A DNA stretch of 45,256 nucleotides from Gemmatimonadaceae bacterium (GCA_046595175.1 JBKJPM010000013.1:1-45256), one strand, 5' to 3'; positions 8,463 to 19,645 are shown, numbered from the stretch's first letter. The notes: generated by a model not told the origin, from the sequence alone. Program-made: numbers and translations.

Positions 8463-10633
8463 GTCTCGCCGTCACTACCGCCATCCATGACGGAATTGCC
8501 ATTGTCACCCTGGATCTACAGGGTGAGCCGGTCAACAAGATCACGCGAGGCGTACGCGACGAGTTCGTCACGCTGTTCGATCGCCTGGAGCGCGACCCAA
8601 ATGTGCGCGCGGCGATCCTGGTAAGTGGAAAACCAGACACCTTCATTGCGGGTGCAGACATCGATGAATTCATTCAGCTCAATACCGCCTCTGCACTCGA
8701 GCGCCTGAGCCGCGAAGGCCAGCTTTTGCTCGACTCCATTGAGCGCCTCCGGATTCCGATTATTGCCGCCATTCATGGAGCCTGTCTGGGCGGCGGACTG
8801 GAAGCCGTACTTGCCTGTCGCTACAGAATTGCGACTGATCATCCCAAGACTGTCCTTGCTCTACCCGAAGTGCAACTCGGCCTCATTCCCGGCGGCGGAG
8901 GAACACAAAGACTTCCGCGGCTGGTGGGGCTTCGCACGGCGCTGGACATGATTCTTACGGGCAAGAACATCCGGGCGAAAAAAGCGCTGCAAATTGGCCT
9001 GATAGATGAAATGGTTCATCCGTCCATTCTGCGGAAGGTTGCCATGCAGCGCGCTCGCGAGCTGGCTGACGGAACGCGAAAGCCAGTGCGAAAGAGCGGC
9101 GGTCTCGCTGGCTTTGCGCTGGAAGGAAATCCCGCTGGCAGGTCGTTCGTCCTGAAAAAAGCGCGTGAAAGTGTCCTAGAGAAATCGAAGGGGCATTATC
9201 CGGCGCCGCTTGCCGCAATCGATGCCATAGCTGCAGGCTACAGCGGCGGGAAGAGTCACGGATACGCCGAAGAGTCGCGGTTGTTCGGGGAGATGGGGGC
9301 GACGGATGTCTCCAAGCAGCTAGTGTCGCTCTTCTTTGCGACAACAGCGCTCAAGAAGGATCCGGGCGTGTCGGCAGGCGTCACACCGAGCGTGGTGGAT
9401 CGCATTGCGATTCTCGGCGCCGGTTTCATGGGCGCCGGAATCGCGTCGATTGCCGTACAGCAGGGGACGATGGTGCGTCTCAAGGACGCGGATCACACTC
9501 GTGTTGCAAAAGGATTCGCCGCTGTCCGTGATGTACTGAAGGAACGGGTGGTGCGAAAGCAGATCACACGTACCCAGTTCAGCGACAACATGGCGCTGCT
9601 CGGCGGAACGATCGATTACTCCGGCTTTGGCGGCGTGGATCTCGTGATCGAAGCGGTATTCGAGGATCTTGCGGTAAAGCACAAGGTGGTGGAGGAAGTG
9701 GAGGCGGTCATTGGCGACCAGGCAATCTTCGCGTCCAACACAAGCACGATTCCGATCGCGCGAATCGCCGAGGCCTCGCACCATCCGGAACGGCTGCTGG
9801 GAATGCACTTTTTTTCGCCAGTGCACAAAATGCCGCTGCTCGAGGTAATTATCACCCCCACGACGCTTGATGAGGTGACCGCGACTGTCGTGGCGTACGG
9901 AAAGAAACTGGGAAAGACCGTGATTGTCGTGAATGATGGGCCTGGTTTCTACGTCAACAGAATTCTTTCGCCGTACATAAATGAAGCCGGACGAATGCTC
10001 GATGAGGGCACTCCGATTGAGCAGATCGATAATGCACTCGTAGGATTTGGATTCCCCGTTGGCCCGATAACGCTTATCGATGAGGTGGGTCTGGACGTTG
10101 CGGCGAAGGCAGGGAAAATCATGTCCGATGCGTTCGGTGCCAGGCTTACGCCACCAACGTCGCTCGCCCGTGTAGTGGAAGCGGGGAGGTACGGGAGGAA
10201 AGCAAAGAAGGGGTTTTACAAATATGATGAAGAAGGGAAGAAGGGCGAGCCGGATCCAGAGGTTTACACACTCTTTCGAACAGCGCCTGTAAGCGACAAG
10301 TCCCACGGTTCAGCGAATCCCGCCCTCGAAAAGATCAGCAATGCGGAGATACAGCAGAGATGCGTTCTTGCCCTTCTCAATGAAGCGGCTCGCTGTCTGC
10401 AGGAAGGGATCATTCGATCGGCTCGGGACGGTGACGTCGGCGCAGTGTACGGATTTGGTTTCCCGCCATTTCGTGGAGGCCCATTCCGCTACATGGACGC
10501 ACTCGGGGCGGAGGCACTAGTGCAGCAGCTTGAAGAATTGAACGGTCGCTTTCCAGGCAGGTTCGAGCCGGCGGACAATCTCGTTGAGATGTCCCGCAGG
10601 GGCGCGCGTTTTTACACGGACCAGAAGAGTTGA
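8459..10633 (+). CDS. fadJ: Fatty acid oxidation complex subunit alpha (enoyl-CoA hydratase / 3-hydroxyacyl-CoA dehydrogenase)
   Basis: FIAGADI, GGGLE, PEVQLGLIPG, GAGFMGAGIA, GMHFFSPV; ATGA overlap with the fadI stop. Confidence 0.93.
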   Translation: MSLAVTTAIHDGIAIVTLDLQGEPVNKITRGVRDEFVTLFDRLERDPNVRAAILVSGKPDTFIAGADIDEFIQLNTASALERLSREGQLLLDSIERLRIPIIAAIHGACLGGGLEAVLACRYRIATDHPKTVLALPEVQLGLIPGGGGTQRLPRLVGLRTALDMILTGKNIRAKKALQIGLIDEMVHPSILRKVAMQRARELADGTRKPVRKSGGLAGFALEGNPAGRSFVLKKARESVLEKSKGHYPAPLAAIDAIAAGYSGGKSHGYAEESRLFGEMGATDVSKQLVSLFFATTALKKDPGVSAGVTPSVVDRIAILGAGFMGAGIASIAVQQGTMVRLKDADHTRVAKGFAAVRDVLKERVVRKQITRTQFSDNMALLGGTIDYSGFGGVDLVIEAVFEDLAVKHKVVEEVEAVIGDQAIFASNTSTIPIARIAEASHHPERLLGMHFFSPVHKMPLLEVIITPTTLDEVTATVVAYGKKLGKTVIVVNDGPGFYVNRILSPYINEAGRMLDEGTPIEQIDNALVGFGFPVGPITLIDEVGLDVAAKAGKIMSDAFGARLTPPTSLARVVEAGRYGRKAKKGFYKYDEEGKKGEPDPEVYTLFRTAPVSDKSHGSANPALEKISNAEIQQRCVLALLNEAARCLQEGIIRSARDGDVGAVYGFGFPPFRGGPFRYMDALGAEALVQQLEELNGRFPGRFEPADNLVEMSRRGARFYTDQKS

Positions 10634-12276
10634 AAATATTTCTGCCCGGCGCGCGCGAGGCGCTAATAGCCATTCTCGCGCTTGCAGCTTGTGTACCGAT
10701 TCCAGTCCGCCACTCGCTCACTTCGCCGAAGACGCGTGCCGAGGCGTCTGGATTCCGCGAAACTTCTCACTACGCTGACGTAATAGCGTTTATTGATTCA
10801 CTGCGGAACCGGCCCATGACATTCGGCTCCATCGGAAAGACGACCGAGGGTCGCGAGATCCCGTACATCATCGCGTCCTACCCCCAAGTCCGCACTCCGG
10901 CCGAAGCGCGTGCGCTGAAGCGTCCGATTGTGTATGTGCAGGCGAACATCCACGCTGGTGAGATAGAAGGAAAAGAGGCGCTACTCGCGCTTGTGCGCGA
11001 CCTGATAACAGCCCCGCGTCCAAATGTCCTGGATTCGATCATTCTGATTGCAGTTCCGATTTACAATGCGGACGGAAATGAGCGATTTGCATCTCAGTAC
11101 GTGAATCGCACGGAGCAGAACGGCCCGGAGCTGGTCGGAGTAAGGGCGAATGCCCAGGGGCTCGATCTCAATCGTGATTACATAAAAGCTGAAGCTCCGG
11201 AGACTCGTGCTTCACTCGTCATGTTCAATGCGTGGGATCCCGATGTCTTTGTTGATCTGCATACGACGGACGGGAGCTATCACGGATACGCGCTGACATA
11301 CGCGCCTCCGCTCCACCCATCAGCGCCGGTGGGTCAGTTTGCGCGAGACTCGATGCTGCCGATATTGCGCGAACGCATGAGATCAAGGCATGGCTTGGAA
11401 ACGTTCGATTATGGTGACTTCGTTTCCGACGACAGTCTCTCCAAGGGATGGGAGACGTTTGACTCCCGTCCGCGTTTCGGCACGAACTACTACGGACTTC
11501 GTGGCCGGATTTCGTTTTTGAGCGAAGCTTTCTCGCATGATCCATTCGAGAAGCGGGTTGCGTCAACGTATGCATTTACAAGAGAGATTCTCTCGCTGGT
11601 TGCGGAGCGTTCGAGGGAAGTGCTCAGGCGAAATGCTGAGGCGACTCGAATGCAAATAACGAACACTGATGTCATTATTCGTCCGCCGCTCGCATTGCGC
11701 TCGCACATGATTTCCGCATTTGTTCGTCAGCCGGTAATTGCTGAGATTCTGGAAAAAACCGGGGACACGTCTGTCCGAACCGGGCCTGGCGTAAAAAAAG
11801 GTTATCGACGCACAGGCGTGTTCAAAAGCGTGACGATGCCCATTTTCGATCGGTTCGAGCCGGTTTTTCTCCAGCAGCCGCCAACCGGCTATTTGATATC
11901 CCCATCAGATACAGTCGTTGTCGCCATGCTGCGCAGGCACGGCATCGTTGTAGAAACCGGGTTCAAAATACGGCGCGGAGAGGTGTACTCATTCAGGGTC
12001 GACTCCGCTCAACGATCTACCCGCGTGTTTCAGGGACACCATGAAATGCGCGTATACGGGAACTGGAACCTGGACGAGTTTCGGGAGATGGCGGTTCCTA
12101 CAGGGATGTATTTCGTAAACGCGTATCAGTCATTAGGTCTGCTTGTGCAATATCTTCTTGAGCCGGTAAGCGACGACGGGCTTGCAACCTGGAACTTCTT
12201 TGACTCCAGTATCAAGCCAGGCGCGACTTACCCGGTTCTCAGGGTCCACCTATTTCAAGATGACTTTAGTAAATAA
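10630..12276 (+). CDS. M14 family zinc carboxypeptidase (secreted or lipoprotein)
   Basis: IHAGE, NADG, DLNRD and DLHT motifs; N-terminal signal with LAAC. Confidence 0.88.
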   Translation: MKIFLPGAREALIAILALAACVPIPVRHSLTSPKTRAEASGFRETSHYADVIAFIDSLRNRPMTFGSIGKTTEGREIPYIIASYPQVRTPAEARALKRPIVYVQANIHAGEIEGKEALLALVRDLITAPRPNVLDSIILIAVPIYNADGNERFASQYVNRTEQNGPELVGVRANAQGLDLNRDYIKAEAPETRASLVMFNAWDPDVFVDLHTTDGSYHGYALTYAPPLHPSAPVGQFARDSMLPILRERMRSRHGLETFDYGDFVSDDSLSKGWETFDSRPRFGTNYYGLRGRISFLSEAFSHDPFEKRVASTYAFTREILSLVAERSREVLRRNAEATRMQITNTDVIIRPPLALRSHMISAFVRQPVIAEILEKTGDTSVRTGPGVKKGYRRTGVFKSVTMPIFDRFEPVFLQQPPTGYLISPSDTVVVAMLRRHGIVVETGFKIRRGEVYSFRVDSAQRSTRVFQGHHEMRVYGNWNLDEFREMAVPTGMYFVNAYQSLGLLVQYLLEPVSDDGLATWNFFDSSIKPGATYPVLRVHLFQDDFSK

Positions 12277-13214
12277 TGCTTCGTAACTCTCTCCTGTTCC
12301 TCTCCAACCAGCCGAGCATTTTCAAGTTTGTGCGGAACAATAGAATCGCCCGCGGTTTCGCGAACAGGTTCGTGGCTGGCGAAACGCTCGATACTGCGGT
12401 CGTCGCTGTCCGGAAGCTGAATGCGTCGGGAATGACTGTCTCGCTCGACCTGCTAGGCGAGAGCGTTCACAACGAAGTCGAAGCGAAGGCGGCCGGAAAA
12501 GAGTACCTCCGGATTCTGGATCGAATCCACTCTGAAAAACTCGACGCAAACGTGTCGGTAAAACTGACAGCGATGGGCCTGGACGTTTCCGAAGAGTTGT
12601 GTGTGGAGGTCATGCAGCGCGTTTTACAGCGGGCGTCAGAGCACCGGACGTTCGTGCGTCTTGACATGGAAAGCAGCGTATACACGCAGAGGACACTCGA
12701 CCTCTTCGAGCAGCATCTCTTCCCGGCTTATAGAGAGAGCGTCGGAGTGGTGCTCCAAAGCTATCTGTATCGCACCACAGCGGATGTTGAGCACATGAAC
12801 CAGGTGCGCGCACGCGTGCGAATTTGCAAAGGCGCGTACAAGGAGCCCGAAGGTGTTGCATATCCCGACAAGAAGGATGTGGATGCTTCGTATGTGCGCT
12901 GCATGAAGGTTCTCATGATGCAGGGGAATTACCCAGGACTCGCTACTCATGACGAGCGAATTATAGAAATTGCCAAGAAGTTCGCGCGGGAAAATCGTAT
13001 CACCCCGGACAAATACGAGTTCCAGATGCTGTACGGGGTTCGCCGTGACCTCCAGGAGCAGCTTGTGCGCGAAGGATACCGTCTTCGCGTCTACGTTCCC
13101 TTCGGTACTCAGTGGTATCCGTACCTTATGCGAAGACTCGCCGAGCGCCCGGCGAACATAGCATTCCTGACCGGGAATGTCGTGCGCGAAATGATTGGAA
13201 GCCGACGCCGCTAG
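12276..13214 (+). CDS. Monofunctional proline dehydrogenase
   Basis: RFVAGE, SVKLT, RLDME, RICKGAY, ATHD, EFQMLYG, YLMRRLAERP. Confidence 0.93.
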   Translation: MLRNSLLFLSNQPSIFKFVRNNRIARGFANRFVAGETLDTAVVAVRKLNASGMTVSLDLLGESVHNEVEAKAAGKEYLRILDRIHSEKLDANVSVKLTAMGLDVSEELCVEVMQRVLQRASEHRTFVRLDMESSVYTQRTLDLFEQHLFPAYRESVGVVLQSYLYRTTADVEHMNQVRARVRICKGAYKEPEGVAYPDKKDVDASYVRCMKVLMMQGNYPGLATHDERIIEIAKKFARENRITPDKYEFQMLYGVRRDLQEQLVREGYRLRVYVPFGTQWYPYLMRRLAERPANIAFLTGNVVREMIGSRRR

Positions 13215-13601
13215 ATGGGTCAATTCAAGCCGGCCGATTTTTCCAAAGGTGATCCGAACACAATCGGCGGCTACATGGCCGTACATGACCGACCTGCTGC
13301 GTTCGAAGGGTCAGACGGAGCCTCTTATTCCACCGAGCTCGTCGTAGACAAAACCCAGGATGAGAGCGCACCCTTCGCCTCGTACATTCTCTTCATTCGC
13401 TGGGGACAAGGCGAGCCGTTCGCTTCAGGGCATCTCGAGACGCCCTACCTCTTTTATGGGAAATCCGAAGACGAATCTCGTCGCATGGTTGCCCAGCTTC
13501 CCCTGAGCACGGTAAAAAAACTTCTGGATGGATTGATTGCCGCACGTGCCCAGTCAACCCGCCCCTGGTGGGAAGTAATGCATGATGAGGGTCCGATGTG
13601 A
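13215..13601 (+). CDS. Hypothetical protein
   Basis: 128-aa ORF abutting the proline dehydrogenase gene and overlapping the rsgA start; operon position supports it. Confidence 0.75.
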   Translation: MGQFKPADFSKGDPNTIGGYMAVHDRPAAFEGSDGASYSTELVVDKTQDESAPFASYILFIRWGQGEPFASGHLETPYLFYGKSEDESRRMVAQLPLSTVKKLLDGLIAARAQSTRPWWEVMHDEGPM

Positions 13602-14581
13602 CGGAGCGGGAGATAAAGGGGGAGATAGAGGCATTACGTGAGGAAGGTGTAGTGCTGCACGGCACCGGCGGCGTATGGCATGTGAGAACAAACATCGGTC
13701 ATGTCCATCCGGCATCGCTGCGCGGCCGGGTAAAGCATGAGCGGGGAGAAGCAGGCAAGCTCGCAGTAGGCGATCGCGTGGTGATAGAGCAGATGTCGCG
13801 GGAAGACAGCTGGGCGATCGCAGAAATTCTCCCCCGGAAATCCCAGCTCGCTCGCCGCTCACCAGGCGGCGGCCCTGGCGAGAGAGTCGTGGCAGCCAAC
13901 CTGGACCAGGTGGTAGTTGTGTTTGCGGCGGCCAAACCCGAGCCGCATCTCCGAATGCTCGACCGATTCCTTGTAATCGCTGAAGCCAATGAACTCGCAG
14001 TGCTCATCGTCATCAACAAGATCGAGCTTGCTGATGACGAAAATGTCCGCTCCATGTTTTCTGACTATCTGGCCGCAGGCTACTCGCTTCATTTCACTTC
14101 AGTCAAGCAGCGGATAGGCCTGGACCAACTCAAGCACGCTCTGATGCACAAGACGTCCGCGCTAAGTGGACCTTCAGGGGTGGGAAAATCTTCGCTTCTC
14201 AACGCCATGTTTACGGGGCTGAATCTCCGCGTCGGAGAAATCAGCGAGTCGGTAAACAAGGGAAGGCACACGACTGTCGGCGCGCTTGCGCATCACTTGA
14301 GCGACGACAGTTACGTCGTAGACACTCCCGGCCTGCGGGAGGTTGGAATGTGGGGGATCGACTCCGGAAATCTTGCCAACTGCTTTCCGGAGTTCAGGCC
14401 CCTAATTCCTGATTGCCGGTTTTCTGACTGCACTCACTCACGAGAGCCGGGATGCGCGGTTATTGAAGCGGTGGATAGGGGAGATGTCAGTCGTGCACGG
14501 TATGACAGTTACATCCTCCTGAGGGACGAGCTCGAAACATTGAACGCCCGCCAGACAAAGCCGCCGAAAACTCGACGCTGA
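13598..14581 (+). CDS. rsgA: Ribosome small subunit-dependent GTPase A
   Basis: Circularly permuted GTPase: NKIE, GPSGVGKSS, GRHTT, DTPG, and the CRFSDCTHSREPGC Zn finger. Confidence 0.95.
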   Translation: MTEREIKGEIEALREEGVVLHGTGGVWHVRTNIGHVHPASLRGRVKHERGEAGKLAVGDRVVIEQMSREDSWAIAEILPRKSQLARRSPGGGPGERVVAANLDQVVVVFAAAKPEPHLRMLDRFLVIAEANELAVLIVINKIELADDENVRSMFSDYLAAGYSLHFTSVKQRIGLDQLKHALMHKTSALSGPSGVGKSSLLNAMFTGLNLRVGEISESVNKGRHTTVGALAHHLSDDSYVVDTPGLREVGMWGIDSGNLANCFPEFRPLIPDCRFSDCTHSREPGCAVIEAVDRGDVSRARYDSYILLRDELETLNARQTKPPKTRR

Positions 14582-14591
14582 CCTTCGGACT

Positions 14592-15023
14592 CTAGCTGTC
14601 GGAGAGTTCCAGCTCCCAGTCCACAATGATTTGCTCTAGCAGAGAGGCACGGACTGAGCAGTATTTCGTAACAGAAAGGTCGATCGCCCGGAGCGCCTGG
14701 TCACGCTCGATCCCCGCGCCTGTAATCCGAAATTTCAGAGTGATGTGTTTGTATCGCCGGGGCATCTCCTCCACACGTTCGCCGACCATTTCGATCTGCA
14801 TTGATTTCGCCGGCGTCCTCCGCTTCGCGAGAATCTCCACGACATCGATAGCTGTGCATGCGCCGACCGCAGCCAGAAGCGCGTCCACAGGACTCTGGCC
14901 GTATTTCCCCTTTCCATCGATCTGTGCAACAGGGCCATCAGGCTTGGACGTGTCGAAGCTTTGATCGCCCTTCCAGTCAATTTTCATTACGACCGGTTTC
15001 ACCGGAGTCTTCGGGTCACTCAT
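14592..15023 (-). CDS. OsmC family protein
   Basis: [14 protein letters not shown] ... KYCSV two-Cys signature. Confidence 0.88.
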   Translation of the reverse strand: MSDPKTPVKPVVMKIDWKGDQSFDTSKPDGPVAQIDGKGKYGQSPVDALLAAVGACTAIDVVEILAKRRTPAKSMQIEMVGERVEEMPRRYKHITLKFRITGAGIERDQALRAIDLSVTKYCSVRASLLEQIIVDWELELSDS

Positions 15024-15907
15024 TTGGCCTGTCCCTTTTCAATCGGAGCACGAACGGCGTTGCCCCACTCCGTCCAGCTTCCGTCGTAGTTCCGAACGCT
15101 CTTGTAGCCGAGCAGGTACTTGAGAACGAACCAAGTGTGCGACGAGCGTTCGCCGATGCGACAGTACGCAATCACATCGTCCGACGATTTTAGTCCCTGC
15201 TCTTTCTCGTAAATCTCCCTGAGAGCTTCCGCGCTCTTGAACGAGCCGTCGGGATTCGCCGCGCGTGCCCAGGGCACGCTCCGGGCACCGGGAATGTGAC
15301 CGCCTCGAAGGGTTCCCTCCTGCGGATAATCGGGCATATGCGTTCTCTCCCCGCTGAATTCTTCGGGAGACCGCACGTCGATCAAGGGTTTCCTCGCGGC
15401 CGCATGCTCACGCACCTCGTGGTAAAACGCTCGTATCTCTTCGTCGGATCGCTCCGCTGCAGAATATTTGGTAGCGGGGAATGCCGGCACGTCAGTCACC
15501 ATCTCGCGCCCTTCCTGATCCCATTTTATGCGGCCGCCATCCAGAAGCTTTGCATTCGTAAAACCGAACAGCTTAAACACCCAAAACGCGTAGGCAGCCC
15601 ACCAATTGTTCTTGTCGCCGTAAAAGACAACAGTTGTTGATTCGTCGATTCCCTTGGCGCGAAGCAGCTTTTCGAATTGCTCGCGTGAGATGTAGTCGCG
15701 CTGCACAGAGTCGTTCAAGTCCTCGTGCCAGTCGATTTTCTGCGCGCCTGGTATGTGGCCGGTTGAATACAGAAGAACATCTTCATCGCTTTCCAGGATG
15801 CGGAGGTCGGGCCGGGAAAGATTTTTTGCCAGCCAGTCCGTGCTCACCAGAACATCGGGGCTGGAATAGCCTTTCGACTTTATGGCGTCGTCGGTTGTCA
15901 GAGTCAT
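15020..15907 (-). CDS. Thiosulfate sulfurtransferase (tandem rhodanese, CysA/SseA type)
   Basis: GHIPGA twice, YCRIGERS active loop, YDGSWTEW. Confidence 0.93.
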   Translation of the reverse strand: MTLTTDDAIKSKGYSSPDVLVSTDWLAKNLSRPDLRILESDEDVLLYSTGHIPGAQKIDWHEDLNDSVQRDYISREQFEKLLRAKGIDESTTVVFYGDKNNWWAAYAFWVFKLFGFTNAKLLDGGRIKWDQEGREMVTDVPAFPATKYSAAERSDEEIRAFYHEVREHAAARKPLIDVRSPEEFSGERTHMPDYPQEGTLRGGHIPGARSVPWARAANPDGSFKSAEALREIYEKEQGLKSSDDVIAYCRIGERSSHTWFVLKYLLGYKSVRNYDGSWTEWGNAVRAPIEKGQAK

Positions 15908-15974
15908 GTTGATCCCAAATGGTAAGACTGTAAGATGGCAGGAAGCGGTCCGGTTTTGTCAGTAGATTCATCCG

Positions 15975-16328
15975 ATGCCAATTTCAGGGGATGGCGCCAA
16001 GGCGCCGATAGGCGCTGCGTGGATGGAGGATTACTCCCGGCACGTGTTCGTTTGCACCGGTGGATTCTGTTCGCCGGACCGGCGTGGGCGGTCGCTTTAC
16101 ACCCTGTTCGCTGACCTTTTGCACCGAGAGGGCCTTCTATTCGGCCCGCAGCGTGTAAAGCGTGGCGAAACGCCATGTCTCGGCGTTTGCTCGGGCGGCC
16201 CAATCGTGGTCGTCTATCCTGATGGCGTGTGGTATTCCGCGGTTACCCCACAGCTTCTCGAGCGGATCGTGGTCGAGCACCTCAAGAACGGAAAAATCGT
16301 CGAGGATGCCGCCTTTCACCGGCTCTAG
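15975..16328 (+). CDS. Thioredoxin-like (2Fe-2S) ferredoxin
   Basis: HVFVCTGGFC ... CLGVCSGGPIVVVYPDGVWY. Confidence 0.88.
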   Translation: MPISGDGAKAPIGAAWMEDYSRHVFVCTGGFCSPDRRGRSLYTLFADLLHREGLLFGPQRVKRGETPCLGVCSGGPIVVVYPDGVWYSAVTPQLLERIVVEHLKNGKIVEDAAFHRL

Positions 16329-16840
16329 GCGGAGGGGGCCGCACTGGAATGCTCGATCTTCTTGGTGCGCTCGGACGCGACCCATAGAGTGAGGACGAGT
16401 AGAACCCCTCCAATACTGACGCCTGAGTCCGCCACATTGAAAATGTAGAAACGGTGAGTTCCGATACCGACATCGATGAAATCCACAACGCCTGCGCCAG
16501 AGGCCAGCCGGTCAATGAGGTTCCCGATGGCTCCGCCTGTAATGAGTGCAAGCGCGAACGTCTGGAGCTTCTCACGGTCCGGTGTCTGGCGGTACAGATG
16601 GATGATCAATACCAGTGTTACGAGTGTGAACGCGATCAGTATCCATCGTGACCAGTTTCCAAATGTCAGGCCGAACGCCATTCCCTTGTTCATCGCCAGG
16701 GTAAAGCGAACGTAATCACCGAATATCGCTTTGGACCCGCCGTGTTCGGTAAGAAAGGGAACTACCCAGCGCTTGGAAAGAAGGTCGGCAATCACCCATA
16801 GGGCGGCGACGGGGTAAAAAATGCGTGATTTGCGAGTCAT
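16325..16840 (-). CDS. lspA: Lipoprotein signal peptidase II
   Basis: NKGMAFG, GGAIGNLIDR, VVDFI, FNVAD. Confidence 0.95.
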   Translation of the reverse strand: MTRKSRIFYPVAALWVIADLLSKRWVVPFLTEHGGSKAIFGDYVRFTLAMNKGMAFGLTFGNWSRWILIAFTLVTLVLIIHLYRQTPDREKLQTFALALITGGAIGNLIDRLASGAGVVDFIDVGIGTHRFYIFNVADSGVSIGGVLLVLTLWVASERTKKIEHSSAAPSA

Positions 16841-16969
16841 GCCTGATTCAATGTCGCTGGACAGCGAGTCGCAAGTGGCTGCTGTGTGACCATGGCGCCC
16901 ATCTTCAAGGTCCCCTGAAGCGCTTTTAGCAGCGGACTACTCAACCCGGTATCTTTCAAGCAAGCGCCC

Positions 16970-17308
16970 ATGACAAATCCCTTAAATCCACGACGCGTCG
17001 CGCTTGACGCTGCCAGGCGGCTCATCTTCGACGGAAAAGATCCTGAAGAGGCCCTGGAGCGTATCTCCGGATTGGGACAATCGGATGAAGGTCCGCGTCT
17101 AACGCCACAAGCCATCGAGAGAACTAGAATGTCACGCACACGCAGCAGCATCCTTTCGAACCTCGAAACGATGTACAAGGAAGCATTCGACCGCGCTCGA
17201 ACGACGGAGGATCAAGCCCAGCAGGTTACGCTTGACTTCGCATACCGCCGGGAACAGCTGTACTTCGAGATTCTACTCGATATTCGCGACGCCATGGAAC
17301 GCCGTTAA
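16970..17308 (+). CDS. Hypothetical protein (helical)
   Basis: 112-aa ORF in otherwise free space, upstream of the TerC gene on the same strand. Confidence 0.65.
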   Translation: MTNPLNPRRVALDAARRLIFDGKDPEEALERISGLGQSDEGPRLTPQAIERTRMSRTRSSILSNLETMYKEAFDRARTTEDQAQQVTLDFAYRREQLYFEILLDIRDAMERR

Positions 17309-17341
17309 TCCGTTGGAAATCCTGATCAGGTTTTCGCAGCG

Positions 17342-18334
17342 ATGAACAGCACCTGGGGCTGGGTCGGATTCAATGCAGTAGTACTCGCGATACTGGCGCT
17401 CGACCTGGGCGTGCTGCACAAGAAAGCCGAGCGAGTAGGCCTGAAGGAGGCCGGCATATGGAGCGCCATATGGGTCACGCTCTCTCTGTGTTTCGCGTTT
17501 GCGATTTACAAAACTATGGGACGGCAGTCGGGACTGGAATTCGTCACTGGCTACCTCATCGAATACGCGTTGTCCGTCGACAACATATTCGTCTTCGTTT
17601 TGATCTTCACCTACTTCAAGGTGCCGGAGCAGTACCAGCATCGTGTTCTGTTCTGGGGAATCATCGGCGCGCTGCTGTTGCGCGGGGCGATGATCGGAAT
17701 GGGTGCTGCGCTCGTGCAGCGGTTCGAGTGGGTGCTTTACATCTTCGGCGCGTTCCTTGTCTTCACGGGTTTGAAGATGCTTTTTCAGAAGGAAGAGTCA
17801 GCGTACGACCCGGCGAAGGATCCAGTATTTCGCCTGACAAGAAAACTCTGGCCCGTGACGGAGGAGTATCACGGCGAAAGTTTTTTTGTTGAAAAGGCGG
17901 ACGGAAAGTCAGGAAAGATCCGTAAGCACGCGACTCCGCTTTTCATCGTGCTCATCGTCATAAATACGACTGATATCGTATTTGCGACGGATTCCATTCC
18001 GGCGATTTTTGCCGTGACCCGGGATCCGTTCATCATCTACACCTCCAACATTTGTGCAGTCCTGGGACTACGCGCGCTGTATTTCCTGCTAGCGGGCATC
18101 ATGGACAAGTTCCACTACCTGAAGGCGGGGTTGTCACTTGTCCTGATTTTCATCGGGGTGAAAATGCTGCTCGAGCATTTTTTCCACCTTCCGATTTCGG
18201 CTTCGCTGGGAGTTGTCGGTGTAATCCTGGCGTCGTCGATCTTTGCATCACTGCTTCGACCTCAGTCGGTGGACACTCCGCCGATGACCACAGACTCGAG
18301 CTCGAGAGTAGAGTCACTTAGAGAAAAACCGTAA
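17342..18334 (+). CDS. TerC/Alx family membrane protein
   Basis: GYLIEYALSVDNIFVF, QHRVLFWGI, DIVFATDSIPA. Confidence 0.92.
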   Translation: MNSTWGWVGFNAVVLAILALDLGVLHKKAERVGLKEAGIWSAIWVTLSLCFAFAIYKTMGRQSGLEFVTGYLIEYALSVDNIFVFVLIFTYFKVPEQYQHRVLFWGIIGALLLRGAMIGMGAALVQRFEWVLYIFGAFLVFTGLKMLFQKEESAYDPAKDPVFRLTRKLWPVTEEYHGESFFVEKADGKSGKIRKHATPLFIVLIVINTTDIVFATDSIPAIFAVTRDPFIIYTSNICAVLGLRALYFLLAGIMDKFHYLKAGLSLVLIFIGVKMLLEHFFHLPISASLGVVGVILASSIFASLLRPQSVDTPPMTTDSSSRVESLREKP

Positions 18335-19644
18335 TGGCTTTTACATCACTACAGCTGCACAAAGACCTGCTTCGCGGGATCAAGGAGCTGGGCTTTGTCA
18401 AACCGACGCCGATACAGTCGGACTCGATTCCGCCTGCGCTCGAAGGCCGCGACATTCTCGCGTGCGCTTCCACGGGAAGCGGGAAGACCGCTGCGTTCCT
18501 GCTCCCGATCCTGAACACCCTCATCACGCGTCCACGGGGTAAAACCCGTGCGCTCGTCCTCGCGCCAACACGCGAGCTCGCCTTGCAGATTGTTGCAGAC
18601 ATGAACGACATAGGGCAGCACACTCCCGTTACGGCTGCGGCAATCATTGGCGGCGTCGGAATGGGACCGCAGGAACATGCGCTTCGCAGCGGCACCGACG
18701 TCATTGTCGCAACTCCAGGGAGGCTGCTCGACCACATGAAGGCGCCTTATGCCAAGCTCGACGCGCTCGAGTTTCTTGTGCTCGACGAAGCTGACCGAAT
18801 GCTGGACATGGGATTTCTTCCCGACATCAAGAAGATACTCAGGGTAATTCCCTCCAAGCGGCAGACTCTCTTCTTCAGCGCAACTGTTCCCGCTCCGATT
18901 GCCCAGCTTGCCGGGGAAATGCTCAAGAACCCTGTCAGGATCAACATCCAGCGATCTTCAGCGCCCGCAGTTGGAATCACCCAGGCAGTTTATCCCGTTC
19001 CTCAGGAGCTCAAGTCTGCGTTGTTCCTCGCGCTTCTAAAGCGGGGCGACATGAAGGACACGCTTGTGTTCACGCGTACTAAGCATCGCGCGAACCGGCT
19101 CGCCGAATTCCTGGTCAAGAACGGCGTAAGTGCCGAACGCATTCATGGAAACCGTTCGCAGCAGCAGCGCATCGCCGCTCTTGAAGGATTCAAGAGCGGA
19201 AAGTTCCACGTGCTTGTGGCGACCGATATTGCAGCGCGCGGGATTGACGTCGAAGAGCTGGGACATGTAGTGAACTTCGACGTTCCACCGGCCCCGGAGG
19301 ATTACATCCACCGCGTTGGTCGCACCGGCCGAGCCGAAGCGACAGGTGATGCATTCACTTTCATCGCACCGGATGAGGAAGACGATCTTCGCCGGATCGA
19401 GAAGATGGTAGGAAAGCGGTTGCCGCGCGTTACGCTGCCCGAGTTTGATTACAAAGCGAAGTCAGAGCAGAAGCTCGAGATTCCACTAGGTCAGCGCATC
19501 GAGGCCATACGTACGCGAAAGCGGGAAGAGCGCGCACGAGCAGCGGCTAAAGCTCAGCGAAAGGGAAGCACGTCGCCATTCAGCAAGGGAGCTACTCACC
19601 CGAAGGGGTCGAAGCGCTCAGGAGGCAGGGGTCGCAGCCGGTAA
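18334..19644 (+). CDS. DEAD-box RNA helicase (RhlE-like)
   Basis: PTPIQ, TGSGKT, PTREL, DEAD, SAT, HRVGRTGR; basic tail. Confidence 0.93.
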   Translation: MAFTSLQLHKDLLRGIKELGFVKPTPIQSDSIPPALEGRDILACASTGSGKTAAFLLPILNTLITRPRGKTRALVLAPTRELALQIVADMNDIGQHTPVTAAAIIGGVGMGPQEHALRSGTDVIVATPGRLLDHMKAPYAKLDALEFLVLDEADRMLDMGFLPDIKKILRVIPSKRQTLFFSATVPAPIAQLAGEMLKNPVRINIQRSSAPAVGITQAVYPVPQELKSALFLALLKRGDMKDTLVFTRTKHRANRLAEFLVKNGVSAERIHGNRSQQQRIAALEGFKSGKFHVLVATDIAARGIDVEELGHVVNFDVPPAPEDYIHRVGRTGRAEATGDAFTFIAPDEEDDLRRIEKMVGKRLPRVTLPEFDYKAKSEQKLEIPLGQRIEAIRTRKREERARAAAKAQRKGSTSPFSKGATHPKGSKRSGGRGRSR

Positions 19645-19645
19645 G

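Noticed and set aside
9320-10306. 328-aa minus-strand ORF
   Set aside because: Antisense shadow of fadJ; no recognisable motifs.
17309-17341. Possible yybP-ykoY (Mn) riboswitch before the TerC/Alx gene
   Set aside because: Only 33 nt of intergenic space and no matching motif.
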